Shown: positions 30,587 to 40,374, numbered from the stretch's first letter. The stretch is 64,000 bases of DNA from an uncultured Actinomycetota bacterium (GCA_963743915.1 CAVURN010000002.1:224001-288000); one strand, 5' to 3'. The notes: generated by a model from the letters alone, not told the origin. Numbers and translations: made by a program.

Positions 30587-33298
30587 ATGACCAGTCCGTC
30601 CGACCGCTACGCCCAGTGGCGGACGCGGCAGCAGCTCGGCGAGGAGTCGACCGAGGCTGTGGTCACCGAGTTCCGCAACGGCTACTCCTTCGGCCTCGAC
30701 TCCTTCCAGGTACGCGCCTGTGAGGCACTCGCGGAGGGCAAGGCCGTGCTCGTGGCGGCCCCCACCGGGTCGGGCAAGACGGTGGTCGGCGAGTTCGCCA
30801 TCGAGCTGGCGTTACGGGCCGGGCGCAAGTGCTTCTACACCACGCCCATCAAGGCGCTGTCGAACCAGAAGTACCGCGATCTCGTGGAGCGCCACGGCGA
30901 GACGAACGTCGGGCTGCTCACCGGTGACAACACCGTCAACGGGGAGGCACCGGTGGTCGTCATGACGACCGAGGTGCTGCGCAACATGCTCTACGCGGGC
31001 TCGGGCACCCTGCTCGACCTGGCGTTCGTCGTGATGGACGAGGTGCACTACCTCGCGGACCGGTTCCGTGGGGCGGTCTGGGAGGAGGTGATCATCCACC
31101 TGCCCGACTCGGTCACGCTGGTGGCGCTGTCGGCCACGGTCAGCAACGCGGAGGAGTTCGGCGCCTGGATCGAGACGGTCCGCGGTCCGACCGAGGTGGT
31201 GGTCTCCGAGCACCGTCCGGTGCCGCTCTGGCAGCAGGTGATGGCCGGTCGGCAGCTGTTCGACCTGTTCGCCGACGACGACCACCGGCGGGTCAACCCC
31301 GAGCTGCAGCGGATGGCACGCGACGAGGAGCGGCTCCGTCGGCTGCGTGGGCACCGTCCGAGACGAGGGGAGCGTCGCGGCCGACCACCCGGCGTCCCGA
31401 GCCGACGGGACGTCGTCGAAGCCCTGCAGCGACGGGAGATGCTCCCCGCCATCTACTTCGTCTTCTCGCGCGCCGGCTGCGACGCGGCCGTCCAGCAGCT
31501 GCTGCAGACCGGTGTGCGGCTCACCGACCCGGACAGGCGTGCGGAGATCCGCCAGGCCGTCGAGGCGCGCACCGCCCACCTGTCCGACGAGGACCTGCGC
31601 GTTCTTGGGTACGGGGACTTCCTGGACGGTCTCGAGCGCGGTTTCGCGGCCCACCATGCCGGACTGCTGCCGGTCTTCAAGGAGATCGTCGAGGACCTCT
31701 TCGCGCGTGGCCTGGTGATGGTCGTCTTCGCCACCGAGACGCTCGCCCTCGGCGTCAACATGCCCGCGCGGACGGTGGTGATCGAACGGCTGACCAAGTG
31801 GAACGGTGAGGCGCACGTCGAGGTCACCGCCGCCGAGTACACCCAGCTCACCGGTCGCGCGGGTCGTCGCGGTATCGACGTCGAGGGCGACGCCGTCGTG
31901 CTGTGGCAGCCCGGCTTCGACCCGCAGCAGCTCGCCGGGCTCGCCTCCACCCGCACCTACCCCCTGCGGTCTTCCTTCCGCCCCACCTACAACATGGCGG
32001 TCAACCTGGTGCGGCAGATGGGACGCCACACCGCACGTGAGGTGCTCGAGACGTCGTTCGCACAGTTCCAGGCGGACCGGGCGGTGGTGGGGCTCGCCCG
32101 CCAGCTGCGCAAGAACGAGGAGGCGCTGAACGGCTACGCCGAGGCGATGAGCTGCCACCTCGGCGACTTCGTCCAGTACGCGTCACTGCGCCGCGCGATC
32201 AGCGACCGCGAGAAGCAGCTGACCCGAGAGGACTCGGCCAGCCGCAAGGCGGAGGTCGCACGGGCCGTCGAGCAGCTGCAACTGGGGGACGTGGTGCCGA
32301 TGCCCGGTGGCGGTCGCCGTGGCGGCCGGTTGGGGGTGGTGATCGAACGCGGAGGACCGGCCGGCTTCGAGGGGTCGCGACCGGTGGTGCTCACCGAGGA
32401 TCGCCAGGTGCGCAAGCTGGTGGCGAGCGACTTCGCCGACCCGCCGGAACCGCTCGAGCGGCTCAAGCTCCCCAAGGGCTTCCGGTCCCGCGATGCGCAG
32501 GCGCGTCGCACGCTCGCGGGGCGGCTGCGCGACCTGGACGTCCCCTCGCGCGGACGCCGACGGCGCGGCTCCGCGTCCGACGACGAGACGCTGTTGGCGC
32601 TCCGCAGCGAGCTGCGCGCGCACCCGTGTCACGGGTGCGCCGAGCGCGAGGACCACGCTCGCTGGGCCGAGCGGTGGCACCGGCTCAGGAGAGAGACCCA
32701 AGGCCTCCAGAAGCGCGTCGACGACCGCACGGGCAGCATCGCGCGCACCTTCGACCGCGTCGTGGGGCTGCTCGACGAGATCGGGTACCTCGACGGAGAC
32801 ACGGTGACCCGGGACGGTGAACGGCTCACCCGCCTCTACACCGAGATGGACCTGGTCGCCGCCGAGGCGCTGCGCCACGGTCTCTGGAAGGGGCTGACGC
32901 CCGCCGAGCTCGCGTCTGCGGTGTCGGTGCTGGTCTACGAGGCGCGACGGGACCCGGGAGCACCGCCCAAGCTGCCCGGGGGAGCCGGTCGTACCGCGAT
33001 CGAGGAGACCATGCGGCTGGCGGACGACCTGGCCTCGCTCGAGCGCGACCACCGCCTGTCGGCGATCCGGGACAGCGACCCCGGCTTCGCCTGGGCCGCG
33101 TTCCGGTGGGCCAGTGGCCACCGGCTCGAGCCGGTGCTGCATGAGAGCGAGCTGGCCGCCGGCGACTTCGTGCGCTGGTGCAAGCAGCTGGTCGACCTGC
33201 TCGGGCAGGTGGCCACCGCCAGCGACGACGACGAGCTGTCGGCGGCCGCGCGCACCGCGATCGGCGCACTGCGCCGCGGCGTGGTAGCGGCGGAGTAG
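30587..33298 (+). CDS. helY: Ski2-like DEVH-box RNA helicase HelY
   Basis: APTGSGKT, DEVH, SAT, QLTGRAGRRG and C-terminal GDFVRW domain. Confidence 0.93.
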   Translation: MTSPSDRYAQWRTRQQLGEESTEAVVTEFRNGYSFGLDSFQVRACEALAEGKAVLVAAPTGSGKTVVGEFAIELALRAGRKCFYTTPIKALSNQKYRDLVERHGETNVGLLTGDNTVNGEAPVVVMTTEVLRNMLYAGSGTLLDLAFVVMDEVHYLADRFRGAVWEEVIIHLPDSVTLVALSATVSNAEEFGAWIETVRGPTEVVVSEHRPVPLWQQVMAGRQLFDLFADDDHRRVNPELQRMARDEERLRRLRGHRPRRGERRGRPPGVPSRRDVVEALQRREMLPAIYFVFSRAGCDAAVQQLLQTGVRLTDPDRRAEIRQAVEARTAHLSDEDLRVLGYGDFLDGLERGFAAHHAGLLPVFKEIVEDLFARGLVMVVFATETLALGVNMPARTVVIERLTKWNGEAHVEVTAAEYTQLTGRAGRRGIDVEGDAVVLWQPGFDPQQLAGLASTRTYPLRSSFRPTYNMAVNLVRQMGRHTAREVLETSFAQFQADRAVVGLARQLRKNEEALNGYAEAMSCHLGDFVQYASLRRAISDREKQLTREDSASRKAEVARAVEQLQLGDVVPMPGGGRRGGRLGVVIERGGPAGFEGSRPVVLTEDRQVRKLVASDFADPPEPLERLKLPKGFRSRDAQARRTLAGRLRDLDVPSRGRRRRGSASDDETLLALRSELRAHPCHGCAEREDHARWAERWHRLRRETQGLQKRVDDRTGSIARTFDRVVGLLDEIGYLDGDTVTRDGERLTRLYTEMDLVAAEALRHGLWKGLTPAELASAVSVLVYEARRDPGAPPKLPGGAGRTAIEETMRLADDLASLERDHRLSAIRDSDPGFAWAAFRWASGHRLEPVLHESELAAGDFVRWCKQLVDLLGQVATASDDDELSAAARTAIGALRRGVVAAE

Positions 33299-33305
33299 CC
33301 CCCCC

Positions 33306-33367
33306 TTCTACGCCAGACCGCCACACTCACGCCGCAGGACGGGTAATCGTGGCGCCCTGGCGTAGAA
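33306..33367. terminator. Intergenic hairpin between convergent genes (terminator or REP-like)
   Basis: TTCTACGCCAG (33306-33316) and CTGGCGTAGAA (33357-33367) form a perfect inverted repeat. Confidence 0.55.
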
Positions 33368-33405
33368 ACCTCGTGGCAGGTGGGTTGCGGCGTCGGGCGG
33401 TGTCC

Positions 33406-34332
33406 TCAGACCGTCACGCCGAGCACTCCCAGGAGACGGTTCACCGGGCGCTCGAGGCCCCAACGGTCGACCAGGGCGATCAGCGCCGAGGGATCGGCGA
33501 CCTGAGTCGGCAGTGACGTGGACAGGGCCGGCACCGGGACGTCCTCACGCACCCGGACGACCGCAATGCCTCTGCGCAGGTAGTCGTGTGCGGTCTCCAG
33601 CTTGCCGCGAAACGGCACGTCGGCGGCCGGATCCTGTAGGGCGTCCAGCAGCGCCTCGATGGTCGGGTACTGCGCGATGACCGCCGTGGCAGACTTCTCG
33701 CCCACCCCGCGCACACCCGGCAGGCCGTCGGACGGGTCACCGCGGAGAGTCGCGAAGTCGGCGTACGACGCCGCCGGGACGCCGTACCGCTCGCGCAGCG
33801 CCGCGTCCGTCACGCGTTCGACCTTCGCGAAGCCCTTGCCGATGTAGAGCACCGTGACCTGGCGATGGTCGTCGGCCAGCTGGAAGAGGTCGCGGTCACC
33901 GGTGACGACGTCGACCGGTATCGAGGAGCGATGGGCCAGGGTCGCGATCACGTCGTCCGCCTCGAAATCCGCCACGCCGATCCGCGCCAGGCCGATGGCG
34001 TCCAGCACCGCCTCGATCACGGGAACCTGCGGCTCGAGTGCGTCCGGCACCTCTTCGGCGTCCGGGTCCGACGATGCGGTGTCGACGCGGTGCGCCTTGT
34101 ACGACGGCAGCAGCTCGACCCGCCACGCGGGACGCCAGTCCTCGTCGAAGCACGCGACGAGGTCGGTGGCCGGATGGTCGGTGAGCATGCGGCTCACGGC
34201 GTCCAGGAAGCCTCGCACGGCACCGATCGGCGTTCCGTCGGGTGCCTTCACCGACTCGGGGACTCCGTGGAACGCGCGGAAGTACATCGACGCGGCGTCG
34301 AGCAACATCAGTCGCGGGGCCGTTGAGCTCAT
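33406..34332 (-). CDS. 5'-3' exonuclease/flap endonuclease (Rv2090-like)
   Basis: LLDAASMYFRAFHG, YKAHR, FEADD, TGDRDL and GDPSDGLPGV.GVGEK. Confidence 0.92.
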   Translation of the reverse strand: MSSTAPRLMLLDAASMYFRAFHGVPESVKAPDGTPIGAVRGFLDAVSRMLTDHPATDLVACFDEDWRPAWRVELLPSYKAHRVDTASSDPDAEEVPDALEPQVPVIEAVLDAIGLARIGVADFEADDVIATLAHRSSIPVDVVTGDRDLFQLADDHRQVTVLYIGKGFAKVERVTDAALRERYGVPAASYADFATLRGDPSDGLPGVRGVGEKSATAVIAQYPTIEALLDALQDPAADVPFRGKLETAHDYLRRGIAVVRVREDVPVPALSTSLPTQVADPSALIALVDRWGLERPVNRLLGVLGVTV

Positions 34333-34424
34333 GTCGGCGAACCTACCGGGAGAACGCCATCCGCTCCGCGAAAGGCTGTCTCCCCGAACGACGAGCTGGA
34401 CCGGACGCCCCCTACTGTGACCGC

Positions 34425-34862
34425 GTGGACCAGACTGCACTGACTGCGACCGTGGACGCGTGCAAGGCGTTGATCGATTCGCGCTTCCCGGACGACGAGG
34501 AGCAGGGTGCAGCAGCCATGTTGCTCGCCGATGGGACCATCCTCACCGGCACCGCCCCAGCAGCCGCAAATCCCTCGGTCGAGGTCTGCCACGAGGTCGA
34601 GCCCTACTGCGCGGCCTACCGACTGAACCAGGCCATCGTCGCCTCCGTCTGCCTGCACCGTCAGCCCGACGGTCGTACGGTCGTGTTGAGCCCCTGCGGC
34701 GTGTGCAGAGAACGCCTTGCCGTCCACGGTCCGTCAGTTCTGGTGGCCGTGCCCGACCGCAGCGACTTCACCGTCGTCGTGTGGAAGCCGCTGAAGGCCG
34801 TCCTTCCCGACTACTGGCTGACTGCCTTCCCCGACGAGGTCGACGCCGACTGGTCCACCTGA
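34425..34862 (+). CDS. Cytidine deaminase-like zinc protein
   Basis: CHE...SPCGVCRERL zinc motif; TACTGT-N6-GTG start. Confidence 0.8.
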   Translation: MDQTALTATVDACKALIDSRFPDDEEQGAAAMLLADGTILTGTAPAAANPSVEVCHEVEPYCAAYRLNQAIVASVCLHRQPDGRTVVLSPCGVCRERLAVHGPSVLVAVPDRSDFTVVVWKPLKAVLPDYWLTAFPDEVDADWST

Positions 34863-34942
34863 CTGCAGAACCCTTCGACAGCATGTCGGGGCGCCCGGGA
34901 TTCAACGAGAAGTCGATCCAGCCGGCACGCTACCGTGGCGCC

Positions 34943-36053
34943 GTGGATGCCCGCCGACTCGACGCCGCCCGCGATGCGGCCCGTGCCGCTGACGTGGACG
35001 CCCTGCTCGTCACGCCTGGGCCCGACCTCATCTACCTCACCGGGTACGACGCGATCCCGCTGGAACGGCTCACCTGCCTGGTGGTGCCCCGTGAGGGGAA
35101 GGCGTCACTGGTCGCACCCGGCCTCGAGGTCCCGGCGGCCGAGGCGTCCCCGATCGGCGCGATGGGGCTTTCGATCCACGGGTGGGCCGAGACCGACGAC
35201 CCCTACCGGCTGGTCGCCTCCCTGGTGCCCGGCGCCGAGCGTGTCGCCCTGGCCGACTCGATGGCCGCAGCCAAGGTGCTGCGGCTGCGCGACGCCATGC
35301 CGCAGGCCATGCAGGTGCTGGCGGGGCCGGTGCTGCGTGAGCTGCGCATGATCAAGGAGCCGGACGAGGTCGAGCACCTGCGTCGGGCCGGCCAGGCCAT
35401 CGACCGCGTGCACGAGCAGGTCGCGGACCTGCTGCGGCCCGGACGCACCGAGCGTGAGGTGGGGGAGGACATCGCCGAGGCCATCCTCGAGGCGGGTCAC
35501 GAACGCGTCGACTTCGTGATCGTCGCCAGCGGTCCCAACGGAGCCAGCCCCCACCACGAGCTGTCCGACCGACGGATCGAGCTCGGCGACCCCGTCGTCG
35601 TCGACATCGGGGGCACCATGCCCAGCGGCTACTGCTCCGACTCCACGCGCACCTACGCCATCGGTCACACACCGGACGACTTCGTCGCCTACTACCGGGT
35701 GCTGCAGCGGGCGCAGCAGGCGGCGGTGGACGCCGTCCGGCCCGGGCGTCAGCGCCGAGTCGGTGGACGCCGCGGCGCGTGACGTGCTCACCGAGGCGGG
35801 ATACGGCGAGTACTTCATCCACCGGACGGGCCACGGCATCGGGCTCGAGACCCACGAGGAGCCGTACATCGTGACGGGCAACAGCGAGCCGCTGCGCCCC
35901 GGCATGGCGTTCAGCGTCGAGCCGGGTGTCTACCTGCCCGGACGCCACGGCGCGCGCATCGAGGACATCGTCGTGGTGACCGCGGACGGCGTGGACCCGC
36001 TCAACCGCACCACCCACGACCTCGTCGTGGTCGACCACTCGTTCAGCGCCTGA
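34943..36053 (+). CDS. Xaa-Pro (M24) peptidase (frameshift near 35745)
   Basis: DIGG..GYCSDSTRT, then HRTGHGIGLETHE, EPGVY and RIEDIV. Confidence 0.9.
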
Positions 36054-36084
36054 CCCCATCCACCCGAGCCAGCAAGGAGCCGCC

Positions 36085-37236
36085 GTGGCCCTGTCGGTCA
36101 GCCGCGAGTTCACCGACCCGACGTCCGCCGACCTGTTGCCCGTCGTGCGTCAGATGTGCGACGACGTGCTGGCGCCACGCGCCGGCGAGGCGGAGGAGGC
36201 AGCGGCGTTCCCGCGCGACGTCTTCCGGACGCTCGGCGCGTCCGGCCTGCTCGGCCTGCCCTACCCGGTCGAGCACGGTGGGGGAGGCCTTCCACTGCAC
36301 GACTACCTGCAGATGGTCGAGGAGCTCGCCTCCGCGTGGGCGACGGTCGGGCTCGGCGTCAGCGTGCACACGCTGGCCTGCTACCCGCTGGCGCTGTACG
36401 GGAGCGACGAGCAGCGGCAGCGCTGGCTGCCGTCCTGGCTGGCGGGCGACCTGCTGGGCGCCTACTGCCTGTCCGAGAGCGACGCCGGCTCCGATGCCGC
36501 GGCCCTGGCGTCCCGCGCCGAGCGCGTCGCCGACGGGTACCGGCTCAACGGGGTCAAGGCCTGGATCAGCCACGGCGGTGTCGCCGACTTCTACGTCGCG
36601 ATGATGCGCACCTCCGACGACGGGGCGAAGGGCATCTCCTGCTTCGTCGTCGAGGCCGACGCTCCGGGGCTCTCGTCGCGACCGCCCGAACGCAAGCTCG
36701 GCTTCTCGGCGTCCCCGACCGCCCAGATGGTCTTCGAGGACGTCGTGGTCCCCGAGGACCACCGGCTCGGCGCCGAGGGCCAGGGATTCTCGATCGCCCT
36801 GGCGGCACTCGACGGCGGCCGGCTCGGCATGGCCGCCTGCGCGGTGGGCATCGCCCAGGCCGCGCTCGACCTGGCGGTGGCGTACGCGTCCGACCGGCGT
36901 CAGTTCGGCCGCCCGATCGTGGAGTTCCAGGGCCTGTCGTTCCTGCTCGCGGACATGGCCACCGACATCGCGGCCGCGCGAGCGCTCTACCTCGCCGCGG
37001 CCCGGAAGCGGGACCGGGGCGAGGCCTTCGGCACCGACGCCGCCATGGCCAAGCTCTTCGCGACGGACGCCGCCATGCGGGTCACCACCGACGCGGTCCA
37101 GGTGCTCGGGGGAGCGGGGTACGTCAAGGACCACGCGGCGGAGCGGTACTTCCGTGAGGCGAAGGCGCTGCAGATCGTCGAGGGGACCAACCAGATCCAG
37201 CGGGTCGTGATCGGGCGCTCCCTGACCCGTCGGTGA
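36085..37236 (+). CDS. Acyl-CoA dehydrogenase
   Basis: YCLSE..AGSD, NGVKAWISHG, RQFGRPI and IVEGTNQIQR. Confidence 0.93.
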   Translation: MALSVSREFTDPTSADLLPVVRQMCDDVLAPRAGEAEEAAAFPRDVFRTLGASGLLGLPYPVEHGGGGLPLHDYLQMVEELASAWATVGLGVSVHTLACYPLALYGSDEQRQRWLPSWLAGDLLGAYCLSESDAGSDAAALASRAERVADGYRLNGVKAWISHGGVADFYVAMMRTSDDGAKGISCFVVEADAPGLSSRPPERKLGFSASPTAQMVFEDVVVPEDHRLGAEGQGFSIALAALDGGRLGMAACAVGIAQAALDLAVAYASDRRQFGRPIVEFQGLSFLLADMATDIAAARALYLAAARKRDRGEAFGTDAAMAKLFATDAAMRVTTDAVQVLGGAGYVKDHAAERYFREAKALQIVEGTNQIQRVVIGRSLTRR

Positions 37237-37270
37237 GTTCGGCGGCCTGACGCTGGCTAGAGTGCCGCCC

Positions 37271-37750
37271 GTGGACGACCTCGACCAGCACGACCGCCAG
37301 ATCGTGCAGCTGCTGTGCGACGACGGCCGCATGAGCTACACCGAGCTCGCCAAGCACACCGGTCTGTCCACGTCGGCGGTCCACCAGCGCGTCCGGCGTC
37401 TGGAGCAGCGTGGCGTGATCACCGGGTACCGGGCGTCGGTCGACCTCGAGGCGATCGGCTTGCCGCTCACCGCCTTCGTGTCCATATCGCCGATCGACGC
37501 CTCCGACCCCGACGACATCGCCGAGCGCGTCGCGCACCTGCAGGCCGTGGAGTCCTGCTACAGCGTGGCGGGGGACTACAACTACGTGCTGAAGGTGCGG
37601 GTGGCCGGTCCGGCAGCGCTCGAGCAGCTCCTCAGCGAGCTCCGGGCGAGCGCCCACGTGACCACCCGCACGACCGTCGTGCTGAGCGTCCCCTACGAGA
37701 ACCGCCCTCCGGCGGTCGAACCCGCGGCGGAAGGCCGTCCCCCGTCCTAG
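37271..37750 (+). CDS. Lrp/AsnC family transcriptional regulator
   Basis: DGRMSYTELA..GLS..AVHQRVRRLE and VAGDYNY; TAGAGT-N7-GTG favours start 37271. Confidence 0.92.
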   Translation: MDDLDQHDRQIVQLLCDDGRMSYTELAKHTGLSTSAVHQRVRRLEQRGVITGYRASVDLEAIGLPLTAFVSISPIDASDPDDIAERVAHLQAVESCYSVAGDYNYVLKVRVAGPAALEQLLSELRASAHVTTRTTVVLSVPYENRPPAVEPAAEGRPPS

Positions 37751-37927
37751 TTCGTGGCGTTATGTCCGAATTGACGCGACGCGCCAGGGCTTCCCGTGAT
37801 TTGCAGTTGCCGCACCCTCGCGGGTTAGGGTCGCCCTTGATCACGAAATGGTCACGGGGCGAGACGGTACGCCGGACGACCGAGGACGAGCCCCCGAAGG
37901 GGCCCATGACGGAGAGCGAGAGCATCG

Positions 37928-38731
37928 GTGGCTGGTCGACGGCGCGCAGGGGGCTTGCACGACGGGACCCGCGGGCCGACGGACGGGCCCGGCAGGCCCA
38001 CGGAGCGGCTACGCCGCCTCGGCACCGCGACCCTGGTGGTGGCGGTGGTGGCCCTCCTGGCCGCCGTGGTGGTGCCGGCGGGCTGGCGCTCTCTGGGCAG
38101 CGACGTCGAGGCGTCCGGAGAGGCGAGCAGCCTGCTCTCGCTCCTCAACCAGGCGCGGGCCAACAACGGGCTGGCCCCGCTGTCCAGCGCCGGTGATCTC
38201 ACCGCCATCGCCGCTGACCGCGCCTCGACCATGGCCCGGTCCGGCTCGCTCGCGCACACCCCTGATCTGGGGGGACGCGCCTGTTGCTGGACCTGGATCT
38301 CCGAGAACGTCGCGTACGCCGGATCCGTCCAGTCGCTGCACGACGTGCTGATGAACTCCGCACCGCACCGCGCCAACATCCTCAACGCCGATGCCGACGA
38401 CGTCGGGGTGGCCGTGGTCCAGGGCGACGGCATGCTGTGGGCCGCGCAGGTGTTCCGCGCCCGCTCGGACGCCAACCGGTCCGCACAGTCGTCCACCCCC
38501 TCCCGATCGGGCGACCGCGACGTCCCCCCGTCGAGCGCGTCCACCGGGACCGTCACGGGGTCGAGCACCGTCGCCAGCCTGTCGCCGGCGGAGCTGGCCC
38601 GGATCGAGCTGCGCCAGCATCTGCGTCAGGCACGGGAAGACCTCCGTGCCACCCGGAGCAAGGCGGGTCGCTTCGACCCGGTCCGCGCGGCTGTCACCTA
38701 CGCCGGGACGCTGGACGCCGTCAGCCGCTGA
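37928..38731 (+). CDS. Secreted/membrane CAP (SCP) domain protein (start uncertain)
   Basis: Hydrophobic segment, then LNQARA, SENVA and MNSAPHRANIL. Confidence 0.82.
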   Translation: MAGRRRAGGLHDGTRGPTDGPGRPTERLRRLGTATLVVAVVALLAAVVVPAGWRSLGSDVEASGEASSLLSLLNQARANNGLAPLSSAGDLTAIAADRASTMARSGSLAHTPDLGGRACCWTWISENVAYAGSVQSLHDVLMNSAPHRANILNADADDVGVAVVQGDGMLWAAQVFRARSDANRSAQSSTPSRSGDRDVPPSSASTGTVTGSSTVASLSPAELARIELRQHLRQAREDLRATRSKAGRFDPVRAAVTYAGTLDAVSR

Positions 38732-38782
38732 CGCCCATCTGATGCCTGTCTGATGCTTGTCTGATGGCTGTCTGATGCCCGT
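38728..38782. repeat. Tandem repeat, 5 x 11 bp
   Basis: CTGACGCCCAT CTGATGCCTGT CTGATGCTTGT CTGATGGCTGT CTGATGCCCGT. Confidence 0.9.
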
Positions 38783-38845
38783 CCGGGCATGGATGGGTGC
38801 GGCGATCCCTGCAATCTACGGGTGCGGTGTCACACCGCACCCGCC
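38781..38845. repeat. Dispersed 65-bp palindromic repeat, copy B
   Basis: Homologous to 23280-23344; contains GGGTGCGGTGT-C-ACACCGCACCC. Confidence 0.8.
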
Positions 38846-38880
38846 CTGTGAGGGGCTCGCCGCCCCCATGGCTCGGTGGG

Positions 38881-40335
38881 TCAGTGGGTGGGGGCGAGAT
38901 CGGCCTCGGCGGCAGCGCGTGAGGCGGCTGCGGCCACCGTGGTCTCCTCCGCGATGTGTCCCCGGGCGTAGCCCTCGTTGACCCACCACTCCTGGCCCTC
39001 CTCGGGCAGCAGGTGCACCGGGTCGTAGTAGACGTGCTTCTTGCGCACGGCATCCGGGTCGTCCAGCTCGATGCCGGTGCGGTAGTTCTTCGACCAGTAC
39101 GAGATGCCCAGCACGTGGTCGTACTCGTCGACCTGGTGCACCCACCGCTTGCCGACGAACGGCACGTCGCAGGTGACCCGGGGTGTGGCAAAACCGGGGA
39201 GGTAGCCCATGATCCCGTGCTGCAGCCGCTGCGCGTCTGCCAGCCGGACCCGCCAGTGCTCGGCGAACGGGATCATGTCCGGCATGTAGAAGTAGTAGGG
39301 CAGGATGCTCGCACCGTCCAGGAGCGCGAAGCAGAGGTCGAGCATCTGCTCGACGCTGTTGTTGATGCCGGCCATGAGCACGCCCTGGTTGCGCACGTCG
39401 CGCACGCCGGCATCGAGCAGCCCCCGGGACGCCCGCGCGACCAGCGGTGTCACCGAGTTCGCGTGGTTGACGTGGGTGTGCACGGCCAGGCCCACCCCGC
39501 GGCTGGACGCCTTGGTCGCCAGGCGCTCCACGCCGGCGCGGACGTCGTCGGCGTACCAGTGCTGGGGGAGCCCCATCAGCGCCTTGGTCGCCAGTCGGAT
39601 GTCGCGGATGTTCTCGATGTCGAGGATCTGGTCGACGTAGCGCTCGAGGTTCTTCCACGGCGTGTTGGCGACGTCGCCGCCGGAGACCACCACGTCGCGC
39701 ACTGTCGGGGTCGCGCGCAGGTAGTCGAGGTGCTGCTGGAGCCGGTCGACGGGCTTGAGGTCGAACTTCAGCTTCTGGATGGTGGGCGTCGAGGTGCCCA
39801 CGAGGTCCATGCGAGTGCAGTGACCGCAGTACTGGGGGCAGGTGGACAGCACCTCGGCCAGCACCTTCGTCGGGTAGCGGTGGGTGAGACCCTCCGCCTT
39901 CCACATGTCGTGCTCGTGCAGCGAGTCGCGGCTGGAGTACGGGTGTGAGGGCCAGTCGGTGCGCCGGTCGCTGAAGACGGGAAGCATGTAGCGGCGCACC
40001 GGGTCGGCGTAGAACGCCTCGGTGAAGGTCGGGGTCGACGGCAGGCCGGCGTCGTGGCTGTCGGGGACCATCGTGTTGACCATCTGGGGCGGGATGAGCA
40101 TCGACATCGTGGCCCGCTCGGCCTGGTCACGCTCGAGGTCGGCATAGAAGTCCTCGCTCAGCAGCCCGCCCATGACGTCCCGCAGCTGCTTGATGTTCTT
40201 GACGCAGTGGGCACGCTGCCACTGGGCGTCCTCCCAGTCGGCGGCGGTGACGTCCCGCCACCCGGGCAGCCGCGTCCAGTCCGGCTCGCGGACCTGGTGC
40301 TGGCGGTAGTCGTACGGCTGGGGCAGGTGGCTCAC
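38881..40335 (-). CDS. kamA: Lysine 2,3-aminomutase (KamA family radical SAM)
   Basis: W.DAQWQ, GLTHRYPTKVL, CPQYCGHC (CxxxCxxC), VSGGD and NQGVL; divergent from kdd/kamDE. Confidence 0.88.
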   Translation of the reverse strand: MSHLPQPYDYRQHQVREPDWTRLPGWRDVTAADWEDAQWQRAHCVKNIKQLRDVMGGLLSEDFYADLERDQAERATMSMLIPPQMVNTMVPDSHDAGLPSTPTFTEAFYADPVRRYMLPVFSDRRTDWPSHPYSSRDSLHEHDMWKAEGLTHRYPTKVLAEVLSTCPQYCGHCTRMDLVGTSTPTIQKLKFDLKPVDRLQQHLDYLRATPTVRDVVVSGGDVANTPWKNLERYVDQILDIENIRDIRLATKALMGLPQHWYADDVRAGVERLATKASSRGVGLAVHTHVNHANSVTPLVARASRGLLDAGVRDVRNQGVLMAGINNSVEQMLDLCFALLDGASILPYYFYMPDMIPFAEHWRVRLADAQRLQHGIMGYLPGFATPRVTCDVPFVGKRWVHQVDEYDHVLGISYWSKNYRTGIELDDPDAVRKKHVYYDPVHLLPEEGQEWWVNEGYARGHIAEETTVAAAASRAAAEADLAPTH

Positions 40336-40374
40336 AGGCTCTCCTCATGAGAGGTGCATCTAGCGCGAGGGTAC

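Noticed and set aside
37750-37928. c-di-AMP (ydaO) riboswitch or a second dif site (TTATGTCCGAA near 37761) upstream of the CAP gene
   Set aside because: The ydaO consensus blocks are absent, and the dif-like half has no matching ATAA arm 6 bp upstream.
38728-38782. Mini CRISPR array
   Set aside because: The units are 11 bp and contiguous, with no unique spacers.
38881-40335. EF-P beta-lysylation enzyme EpmB
   Set aside because: No epmA or efp nearby; the context is kdd/kamDE/kal catabolism.
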